Of a DNA stretch of 64,000 bases, positions 1-9,800 are shown piece after piece. The stretch spans positions 186,001 through 250,000 of the forward strand of contig NIVC01000349.1 of NCBI GenBank assembly GCA_002269645.1, written 5' to 3'. The notes beneath the pieces were generated by a model, which did no database searches, was not told the DNA's origin, and saw only the letters and a program-made list of their open reading frames with translations. Both the position numbers and the translations under genes were made by a program. Origin of the DNA: Macrostomum lignano. Taxonomy: Eukaryota. The first letter of the stretch is position 1. Each line of letters begins with the position of its first letter.

Positions 1-1206
1 AACTCGTCGCAGCTGGCGTCGGTGCTCACCCAGTCTGAGCTGGACTTTGTGAACAAGCTCAGCTTCGGAATCGACAGCTGCGAGTCGGCAGAGCTGCTCG
101 ACTCGGTGTGGCTCGGCCTCATCAAGCTGAACCCCTGCTTCCCTGACAGTGCGGGTCGCGAGCTCTGCTACCAGTGGACGGATTTCTCAGGGAAACACGA
201 CAACAAGCTGCCCGCATGGGAGACTGGACACCCGGACAGTGCGGACTGGACTGTGAACTGCGTCACGCTGTCAGCTGGTCGACTGCGCAGCGACAGGTGC
301 CACAGCAGGCACAGGTTCGTGTGCAAGACGGAGGCGTCGGACGGTACCTCCACACCTGACGGAGGCGTCACCTCTGCACCTGACGGAGGCGTCACCTCCA
401 CACATGACGGAGGCGTCACCTCCACACATGACGGAGGCGTCACCTCCACACATGACGGAGGCGTCACCTCCACACCTGACGGAGGCGTCACCTCTGCACC
501 TGAAGGAGGCGTCACTCCACCTGTGGACGGCCTCGTGGCTGCGTTCGACTTCAGAAGAGGCCTCGACAACCTGGTGGACCCGCGCGCATTCGCCATCGAG
601 GACCAGTTCGACGTGGAGAGGTCGGCAGAGGCCGGGGCCTGCTTTAAGATGAATGGTAGCATCTACCAGGAATATTTCGGTGTCGGAGGGTTTACATCCT
701 ACGCAAAATCTGTTTTCTCAACTGGAGAATGGACTATGTACTTCAGGCTGCAGCAAGCCAATAAGAACCGAATGAACTTTTTCTCTGTTCTGTCGGACAG
801 GCCGAGTCACTATCCATACCTTGTTCATGGCTTCTGGCACAATTCGACAGGCGCATTTGTCCTTGAAGTGAACACGATGGTGCCTGGAAATGCCACGCAC
901 TCGTTTATCTATTTTAACCGCCACGTGTACGATGCTCACCAGTGCCGTGGATCTCCTTGCGACATCACACTGACAATGAAAGACCAAGTTTTGAGCTCTA
1001 GCATCAATGGCGAGTCCCCTGCAAGCAAGCGCTACTCTGAGAAGTTCGACTCGCCGTTTGAACTCGGACGTCAACAGCTGCAGATTGGGTACGGGTACAG
1101 CTACTTCGATAAGAACCCGGGCCTTTGCGTGAGATGCTTCGGACTGGCTGAGAAGCAACTGAGACAAGAAGATGTCGGGAAAGCGATGTCTGTCCATTGT
1201 TCCTGA
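1..1206 (+). CDS. C-type lectin + 8-aa repeat stalk + ConA/LamG-like C-terminal domain protein, paralog A (5' end outside the window)
   Basis: Open frame from base 1 to TGA at 1204-1206. CTL motifs VWLGL...YQWTD...W..G.P...CV...W/L....C......VCK. Seven 24-bp PDGGVTS(T/A) repeats. Near-identical to 28777-29495. AATAAA at 1318. Confidence 0.85.
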   Translation, partial: NSSQLASVLTQSELDFVNKLSFGIDSCESAELLDSVWLGLIKLNPCFPDSAGRELCYQWTDFSGKHDNKLPAWETGHPDSADWTVNCVTLSAGRLRSDRCHSRHRFVCKTEASDGTSTPDGGVTSAPDGGVTSTHDGGVTSTHDGGVTSTHDGGVTSTPDGGVTSAPEGGVTPPVDGLVAAFDFRRGLDNLVDPRAFAIEDQFDVERSAEAGACFKMNGSIYQEYFGVGGFTSYAKSVFSTGEWTMYFRLQQANKNRMNFFSVLSDRPSHYPYLVHGFWHNSTGAFVLEVNTMVPGNATHSFIYFNRHVYDAHQCRGSPCDITLTMKDQVLSSSINGESPASKRYSEKFDSPFELGRQQLQIGYGYSYFDKNPGLCVRCFGLAEKQLRQEDVGKAMSVHCS

Positions 1207-1430
1207 GACCGTCAGTCCCCGATACTACGAGTCGGCTACGAGTTCAATTACAGCATAAGATTTTGGTAATGGGAGTGGATTTGTGACTATTGTCTGGCTA
1301 TCTAGCAGATTGTCGGAAATAAATATACTTATCTTCCCGACATCAATATATGATGTCAGAATGCTTCTTAAACTTACATAAATAAAATAACAGAGATCTG
1401 ACTATAAGAACTTCGGAAAAGTACATGTTG

Positions 1431-2278
1431 GAAGCTGTAGGGTCACTGATGGGGAGCTGTAGGGTCTTTGATGAGGAGCTGTAGGGTCACTGATGTGGAG
1501 CTGTAGTCACTGATGTGGAGCTGTAGGGTCACTGATGTGGAGCTGTAGGGTCACTGATGGGAGAGATGCAGGGTCACTGATGGGGGAGCTGTAGGGTCAC
1601 TGATGGGGGAGCTGTAGGGTCACTGATGAGGGAGCTGTAGGGTCACTGATCGGGAGCTGTAGTCACTGATGGGGAGCTGTAGGGTCTTTGATGAGGAGCT
1701 GTAGGGTCACTGATGTGGAGCTGTAGGGTCACTGATGTGGAGCTGTAGGGTCACTGATGTGGAGCTGTAGGGTCACTGATGTGGAGCTGTAGGGTCACTG
1801 ATGTGGAGCTGTAGGGTCACTGATGTGGAGCTGTAGGGTCACTGATGTGGAGCTGTAGGGTCACTGATGTGGAGCTGTAGGGTCACTGATGTGGAGCTGT
1901 AGGGTCACTGATGTGGAGCTGTAGGGTCACTGATGTGGAGCTGTAGGGTCACTGATGTGGAGCTGTAGGGTCACTGATGTGGAGCTGTAGGGTCACTGAT
2001 GTGGAGCTGTAGGGTCACTGATGTGGATCTGTAGTCACTGATGTGGAGCTGTAGGGTCACTGATGTGGAGCTGTAGGGTCACTGATGTGGAGCTGTAGGG
2101 TCACTGATGGGAGAGATGTAGGGTCACTGATGGGGAGCTGTAGGGTCACTGATGGGGAGCTGTAGGGTCACTGATGTGGAGCTGTAGGGTCACTGATGTG
2201 GAGCTGTAGGGTCACTGATGGGGGGAGCTGTAGGGTCACTGATGGGGGAGCTGTAGGGTCACTGATGGGAAGCTGTAC
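1431..2278. repeat. 22-bp minisatellite (GAGCTGTAGGGTCACTGATGTG)n
   Basis: Directly visible tandem array, homogeneous in the middle and degenerate at the edges. Confidence 0.95.
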
Positions 2279-2601
2279 AGATTTATGGCAGCCAATATGC
2301 GTCTTTAACGGACTCAGTTCATAAAAAACTTTTTTGTGCATCCGGAAAACGTCTGTTTCACACATGTTATCGCCCGACGAAATGATCAAATATTAACACT
2401 TGGCAAGCTCTTTTGAGACTAATGCAATTCCACTGAAGTCAGTATTTTCGATGCTCCGCGATAAAAACTGATTTCCAAATATAAAAGTTCCAATCGTGAA
2501 GTTTTATCGATAGAAGTTTCTCAAGCATGGCTAGATTCGGTGCATTATAAATTGACCAGCAGTGCAAACACAGGAGCGAGATAAACTTCCTTCAGACCAG
2601 C

Positions 2602-3735
2602 ATGGACCAGCCCTGGCAGCTGAACGCAATGCAGCAGATGAGCATAAGTTCTTACCGATTCGGTGTAGAAATCAACTGCTCAAGTGAAGTGGAGTTGGAG
2701 CGCTGGTCGCATCAAAATGAACTCTGGTTCATCTCGTTCTACGTAACGTTTAACGTTCTGCAGACTCTGGTGTGCCTCGTGGCGGTTGTGTGCAACTGCA
2801 TCGCCTTTGCGGCTCTGGGTCGGGTGGAGTCTGACTGTGCGCTGGCCCTGCAGCTGCGGTCTCTGGCCGTCACTGACACGATATTTGTGATCGGAAACAC
2901 CATCGACAATGCCTGCCACACGCTGGAGTCTGTGCCGGCCTGGAGCTCTGAGTTCTTCAACTTTGTCGTGTACGCTCACCCGATCGCGTGGGCGCTGCGG
3001 GCGCCGTTCCTGACCGCGCACAACTGGACCATGCTGTTCGTGTCCGTGGTGCGCGGCGCCAAGATTCGCTGGCCAATCCGTGCCAACCTGTGGTTCTCCA
3101 GAAACCGGACAGCCGCCTGCTTGGCTTCGATCTGGACAGTCAGCTTGGCTACTTCGGTAATCCGCTGTCTGGAGGTGAGCACCGTCCTGTGTCTCTGCTC
3201 GGACGGTCTCTATCGAGTCGCCATAGTTGCCAGCCGCGTGTTCCCAGTGTACACAACCATAGTGAACTACGGACTGCAGACGGTCACTCCGGTAGTTGTC
3301 GCCGTGCTGGCCAACATCTATCTGCTGCGGTCCCTGCGTCGTCGAGGACTTCGTTTTGCCTGGACTGGACAACCTAATCGAGGCTTTGACGGGCAGCAGC
3401 GTAAAGACACGACTCGGGTGATTGTGCTCCTTCTGCAGCTGTACCTGCTCTGCCAGATCCCCATGATCCTGTTCGGATTCAACGTCCTGCTGACGGTGCC
3501 CACTCCAGTCTACATCGTTATTGGCCTCGTCGGGAACTTCATCGCCTCGCTCGATGGCGCCTGTAACTTTTTCATCTACGTGTACGCCAACCCGAGGTTT
3601 CGACTGGCTGTCAAGCGACAGCTGCGGCTGAGCTCCATCGACTACCGGCCCTCCGCTGTGGCCACGGTCGCCACAGCAGCGACTGCAGTGGTCACGGCAG
3701 CCCCGTCATCTACATGTGCTGCAACTCGCTGTTGA
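2602..3735 (+). CDS. Intronless class A (rhodopsin-like) GPCR, peptide-receptor-like orphan
   Basis: 377-aa ORF with seven hydrophobic segments; LAVTD in TM2, SVVRG..IRWP at the DRY position, CQIP in TM6, NFFIY..ANPRFR in TM7/helix 8. Confidence 0.88.
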   Translation: MDQPWQLNAMQQMSISSYRFGVEINCSSEVELERWSHQNELWFISFYVTFNVLQTLVCLVAVVCNCIAFAALGRVESDCALALQLRSLAVTDTIFVIGNTIDNACHTLESVPAWSSEFFNFVVYAHPIAWALRAPFLTAHNWTMLFVSVVRGAKIRWPIRANLWFSRNRTAACLASIWTVSLATSVIRCLEVSTVLCLCSDGLYRVAIVASRVFPVYTTIVNYGLQTVTPVVVAVLANIYLLRSLRRRGLRFAWTGQPNRGFDGQQRKDTTRVIVLLLQLYLLCQIPMILFGFNVLLTVPTPVYIVIGLVGNFIASLDGACNFFIYVYANPRFRLAVKRQLRLSSIDYRPSAVATVATAATAVVTAAPSSTCAATRC

Positions 3736-4035
3736 CGCAAGTATTAAATAGTCTTGATTAAGAAGGTCTTATGAACATTATCCATGCAAGAGATGTTAAC
3801 CACCCTCCGCTGGAACTGAATGTATGCAGTAGTAGTTAGAGATATGATTTACTCTGTCACTTAAGGACTTGCAATATATATACCTGTATATGCATACATA
3901 CTTGTACATGTACAATTCAGGGGTCGCTAAACTCCGGCCAGCGTCTCTTTTCGGCCCTCCGGTCCTTTGAAACTTTACAATGGCAATCCAACAAGGGTTG
4001 TGTCTCTTCTCAGCTCGATCTTCTCCAATCTCCTC

Positions 4036-4620
4036 TCCTTTTCTCTCCTTTCCCATTTCCTCTACTTTCTCCTCTTCCCTTCTCTCTCCTCTCCTCTTTC
4101 CTCGATCCTCTCCCCTCTCCTCTCTCCTCTCCTCTCCTCTCCTCTTTCCTTTCTCCTCTCCTCTTTCCTCTCCCCTCTCCTCTCCTCTTTCCTCTCCTCT
4201 CCTCTCCTCTTTCCTCTCCCCTCTCCTCTCCTCTTTCCTCTCCTCTCCTCTCCTCTTTCCTCTCCCCTCTCCTCTCCTCTTTCCTCTCCTCTCCTCTCCT
4301 CTTTCCTCTCCCCTCTCCTCTCCTCTCCTCTTTCCTCTCCCCTCTCCTCTCCTCTCCTCTTTCCTCTCCTCTCCTCTCTTCATCCTCTCATCTCTTCTCT
4401 CCTCTTTCCCCCCCTCTCCTCTCTCGATCCTCTCTTCTTCTCTTCCCTCTTCTCTCCTCTCTCCTCTCCTCTCTCCTCTCCTCTTTCTTCTCCTCTCCTC
4501 TCTCCATCCTCTCCTCTCTCCTCTCCTCTTTCTTCTCCTCTCCTCTCTCCATCCTCTCCTCTCTCCTCTCCTGTCCCTCCTTTACCTATCCTATTGATTG
4601 TCTCCTCTTTCTTCTCCTTT
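4036..4620. repeat. Degenerate pyrimidine-rich (CTCCT/CT) low-complexity tract
   Basis: Directly visible; strand-asymmetric C/T only. Confidence 0.95.
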
Positions 4621-4742
4621 ATTCTCTTACAGCTCCTTTCTCCTGTGGCCCGCAGTTATGCGCTAGGTTCTCTATCTGGCCCTTGCGGTAAAAAAGTTTG
4701 CCGACTTACGAGTATGTTGTACATACGAGCTGGTGAGACCTC

Positions 4743-5280
4743 TTGTTGACTTGGCAACCAACGACAGGAGGCCTGCAAGCCTGCGTGTTGAAAGCGAGCA
4801 GCGAACCACCTGACGACCTGGTGCTTGAGTGGAACAAGCAGACAGGTGTGTGCTCGCTCTTCCACTACCAGCAGGTGTGTCGCACGATGCAGGCAAGCGG
4901 TGCCGTCGCGATCGGAGCTGGAGCTGCAGTGCAGCAGTCGCAGTGCTCGGTGTATCGCGCGTTGTCGTTGGCTGGCAGGTGGGAGCAGCCGGTTCAGCAA
5001 CCTGGTGTGCCAGAGCGACAGCGGCGGCGGCAGCCACCGAATGGAGAGCGCGAACCTGCAGTGGACTGAGGAGGGCACCCGCTTCGACGGGACATCGTCT
5101 TAGGCGCTGCTCAACGACAGTCGCTTCGTCTCGAGCGACCCGTTGGCCAGCTTCACGTGGCTGATGAGGCTCAGGAGGGAGTCGAGGCTCCAGCCGCTTT
5201 TAAAAACCCACCGTTTCCTGTGTGTGTGCCCTGCCCGCGAAGCAAGGGGAAGGGCGAGAGCGGCTGCTGACTGAAGTGTA
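4743..5280 (+). pseudogene. Decayed gene fragment: Cys-rich PAN/apple-like segment followed by the start of a LamG/ConA-like domain
   Basis: GC-rich coding-like island. GLQACVL..LEWNKQTGVCSLF...CSVYR, then after a frameshift RFSNLV...LQWTEEGTRFDGTSS*ALL...SFTWLMRL with an in-frame TAG at 5101-5103. Domain names are by-eye resemblance. Confidence 0.4.
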
Positions 5281-6438
5281 AGCATATATTTAAAGGTAAA
5301 CAGATAACAACACCCTTAATCCAAAACCCAGACAAGCAACCCCCACGCGGCGCGCAATGTACATGTACAAATAAATCGATAAAATATATCATGCAAGAAT
5401 AACATACGTCAGTACATGTACATAGGTAGAACTACTTTACGAGGAATAATAACGACATGAATGAAATACAAATAATAGAATAAATGCATACGAGGCTACA
5501 AAACAAAGCAATTAACAGTAAAAAATAGCGCGATAATAATACGTACGAATATTGTTAAAATAAATGAAAGAATACAGTAGTAGTACCGTATGCATATGAA
5601 AATAAAGAAATACGATACACGCTTCTACGAATCACACTGTCACAGCTGCGTGCACCCTGGAGCAACGCCTTCGGAGACTTCGTGCCACAACAACCAGCGC
5701 TGATGGCAATTCTTCATACTTTATATTCGAAAAAAACTTAGTTACACTTACACACACATCTGCAATGCAGGGTTTATATCTGATATAGTCACATAGAGAA
5801 CAGAACTTGTCAAAAGCATGTTTAGACTATACTACTGAAGTACTTAATTAGCAATGAAACAATGAGTAGTCACTGTAGCATAGTCTCTGTCTTTTTTGTT
5901 TAACCTCAATAAAAAGTTTTAAATGCCTTTTGAACGTTTTTGATTGTGTTAAATTTTAAATCTGCATGCAGATTGTTCAATTAGATTAACGATTTATAAT
6001 TTTTTGGTTTAATATTTCTAGAAAACTTTAATTGCAGAAATTAAGATAGCAGAGGTTCGTATCTTGGTAAAGGAATTGTAATCGTACGTAGTGCATTCTT
6101 ACGCGTAAATTCAGTCTTTAAATTTTTATTTTCGAAGAAATAGAAGTTTCGCGTTGTTCCGACCAAGTTTGTTTGACCCAAAGTTTGGCTTTTGAGCCAA
6201 AAATTATATTTATTTCTTCATTAAAAGCCAAGCTTCAATGAAGCTTAGTACTACAATAGTAGTATGGCTTAGTACCTGTTTATGCGCAAATTACTTTAAA
6301 ACAAATTAAAATGAACCTTGCACCGATAGAGCACTATGAAACGACACTAAGACACAACATCAGTCCCTGCACCGACAACCTGACACTTAAAAAATGAAGC
6401 TGTTAAGCAAGTTAAATCAGTTAGTTTCGACACCCAGT

Positions 6439-6860
6439 CTCTCCATAATCAAGAACTCCCCACTGCTCAGGTCCTCAGCCTCCCCAGCCTCTCCATCATC
6501 AACAACTCCCCAATGCTCAGGTCTCCAGCCTCCCCAGCCTCTACATCATCAACAACTCCCCACTGCTCAGGTCCCCAGCCTCCCCAGCCTCTCCATCATC
6601 AACAACTCCCCACTGCTCAGGTCTCCAGCCTCCCCAGCCTCTACATCATCAACAACTCCCCACTGCTCAGGTCCCCAGCCTCCCAAGCTTCTCCATCATC
6701 AACAACTCCCCACTGCTCAGGTCTCCAGCCTCCTCAGTCTCTCCATCATCAACAACTCCCCACTGCTCAGGTCCCCAGCCTCCTCAGCCTCTCCATCATC
6801 GACAACTTCCTACATCTCAGGTCTCGCTCTGGCACCCAGCCTCCCCAGCCTCTCCGCAGC
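6439..6860. repeat. 50-bp minisatellite, about 8 copies, immediately 3' of the SLC17-like stop codon
   Basis: Unit CTCTCCATCATCAACAACTCCCCACTGCTCAGGTCCCCAGCCTCCCCAGC with period 50. Confidence 0.92.
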
Positions 6861-9800
6861 CATTGATGGAGCTGTAGTCGATATTCACTTGCGGCTTCTC
6901 CGTCCTGTCGCTGGCCTCCTCCAGAAGGCGGCTGAATTCTCCGTGAGCCCCGGAGCCACCGGCCCAGGGTTGCACCTCTCCGGAGCCGAGCAGGCCGAAG
7001 GTCGCAGTGCCAGTCGCCAGCAGCGCTGAAGCCGCCGCCAGCAGCGACCGCCACTCGGTCAGCCCAGCCTGGCCTCGGGTCACGTGATGCGCCACGCAGT
7101 GGGAAGCCGCGCCTGCGGAATGGTGCATTGTTTATTAGTTAGATCACTGTCTCAGGTCACTGTCTCAGCTCACTGTCTCAGGTCACTGTCTCAGGTCACT
7201 GTCTCAGGTCACTGTCTCAGGTCACTGTCTCTGGTCACTGTCTCTGGTCACTGTCTCAGGTCACTGTCTCAGGTCCCTGTCTCAGGAGGTCACTGTCTCA
7301 GGTCACTGTCTCAGGTCACTGTCTCAGGAGGTCACTGTCTCAGGAGGTCACTGTCTCAGGAGGTCACTGTCTCAGGAGGTCCCTGTCTCAGGAGGTCACT
7401 GTCTCTGGTCACTGTCTCAGGTCACTGTCTCTGGTCACTGTCTCTGGTCACTGTCTCAGGTCACAGTTAGTATAATCTTAAATGTCGTTGTACTTTTTCC
7501 TTCGTAGCCTCACCATCAGCTCATTAAGTTACGAGCTATCAACCATAGATCATGAAGTTTAAGCGATAATGTACATTCCGTATTTAAAAAGCATCGAGCG
7601 CTACGACCTATCACGAAATCTAATATTTCTAATACTTAGCAACTACAGTCTAGCTGACTTCTTCTAGAGGTTCCTTCCCTCAATTGCATCCTCATGATTT
7701 AACCAACTTGTGACCCTTACAGTATTTTTCATTACAATCAATCAGTCAATCTGACACCTGCTCGCACACGGAGTCATCGTCAGCCTACCCCCCCCCTCCG
7801 ACTCACCCATTCCATTCCCCACAGCCGCGGCAAGTCCTGACAACACGGCGGCCTCGCCAGGCGCCAAGTCAAGCAGGCAGGCGGCCAGCCCGGCAGCGGC
7901 CAGCCCGGCTCCGGCCAAGCCGATACTCATCAGACCGACGGTCGCATCGATGCCAAGCCAGCCTGCGGCGGCAGACAGACAGGCCAGACAGGCAGACAGG
8001 CAGCCCAGTCCTAGACAGACTGTCAAACGACGGCTAGCTGTGGCTGACATGCAACTGGAGCTCAGCCGGTCGATGAGTTGACCGCCTGTAGAGGTGGTCG
8101 GATTTTGAGTCTTATCAACCAAGGTGTGAAGCAACTCTCGTCAGTATATTTACTATATACGTGACGTAAAAGCCGTAGCCAACTATACTTGACTTATAAC
8201 TAACTGTACTGACCCATTTTAAGGCTGGTATAACTAGCCACGCAGGACTGGGGGTGGGGCAAAGCCACGCAGGATTGGGGGGTGGGGGCCAAGCCACGCA
8301 GGATTGGGGGGTGGGGGCCAAGCCACGTAGGATTGGGGGGTGGGGCAAAGCCACGCAGGACTGGGGGTGGGGCAAAGCCACGCAGGACTGGGGGTGGGGC
8401 AAAGCCACGCAGGATTGTGGGGTGGGGCAAAGCCACGCAGGATTGGGGGTGGGGGCCAAGCCACGCAGGACTGGGGGTGGGGCAAAGCCACGCAGGACTG
8501 GGGGTGGGGCAAAGCCACGCAGGACTGGGGGTGGGGCAAAGCCACGCAGGACTGGGGGTGGGGCCAAGCCACGCAGGATTGGGGGTGGGGCAAAGCCACG
8601 CAGGATTGTGGGGTGGGGCAAAGCCACGCAGGATTGGGGGGGGTGGGGCAAAGCCACGCAGGACTGGGGGTGGGGCAAAGCCACGCAGGACTGGGGGTGG
8701 GTCAAAGCCACGCAGGATTGGGGGTGGGTCAAAGCCACGCAGGATTGGGGGGTGGGGCAAAGCCACGCAGGACTGGGGGTGGGGCAAAGCCACGCAGGAC
8801 TGGGGGTGGGGCAAAGCCACGCAGGACTGGGGGTGGGGGCAAAGCCACGCAGGACTGGGGGTGGGTCAAAGCCACGCAGGATTGGGGGTGGGTCAAAGCC
8901 ACGCAGGATTGGGGGGTGGGGCAAAGCCACGCAGGACTGGGGGTGGGGCAAAGCCACGCAGGACTGGGGGTGGGGCAAAGCCACGCAGGACTGGGGGTGG
9001 GGGCAAAGCCACGCAGGATTGGGGGTGGGGGCAAAGCCACGCAGGATTGGGGGTGGGGCCAAGCCACGCAGGATTGGGGGTGGGGGCAAAGCCACGCAGG
9101 ATTGGGGGGTGGGGCAAAGCCACGCAGGATTGGGGGGTGGGGCAAAGCCACGCAGGATTGGGGGTGGGGCAAAGCCACGCAGGATTGGGGGGTGGGGCAA
9201 AGCCACGCAGGATTGGGGGGTGGGGCAAAGCCACGCAGGATTGGGGGGGGGGCAAAGCCACGCAGGATTGGGGGGGTGGGGCAAAGCCACGCAGGATTGT
9301 GGGGTCGGGCCAAGATACGCAGGATTGGGGAATGGGGCAAAGCCACGCAGGATTGGGGGTGGGGGCAAAGCCACGCAGGATTGGGGGGGACGGGGCAAAG
9401 CCACGCAGGATTGTGGGGTCGGGCCAAGCCACGCAGGATTGTGGGGTGGGGCCAAGCCACGCAGGACTTGAATGGATGTTTGTGACCAAGCCAAGCCGAC
9501 TGCGGGTGGGTGGGGCAAAACTCAGAATTGAAGAACGAGAGATAAAGAAGGGGGAGGCTAGCCGATAAGGGGCCTCGGCGGCCAGATACGTGATTGCACT
9601 CTACTAGCCCAAAGGAAAATACTAAACTACCGAGACAACTTAAATGAAAGCAAGAATGGTGACAAAGATAGGAGGGACCAGACGCCAGAATGAGCAAGCG
9701 GCAAGGAAATGAAAGGCAGAGAGCGCAAACGCAGCTCACAACACCTAAGGTAGTTTCATGGCATCATAAGAACGCCCATGGGGGTTCGTGGCACGAGAGT

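Noticed and set aside
1431-2278. CRISPR-like array (also considered for the 16-, 23-, 32- and 36-bp arrays)
   Set aside because: Units are head-to-tail with no unique spacers, there are no cas genes, and the context is eukaryotic.
8115-9739. Long overlapping Gly/Pro-rich ORFs
   Set aside because: Translations of a minisatellite inside an intron whose flanking exons join in frame (LLG|GQLIDRL).
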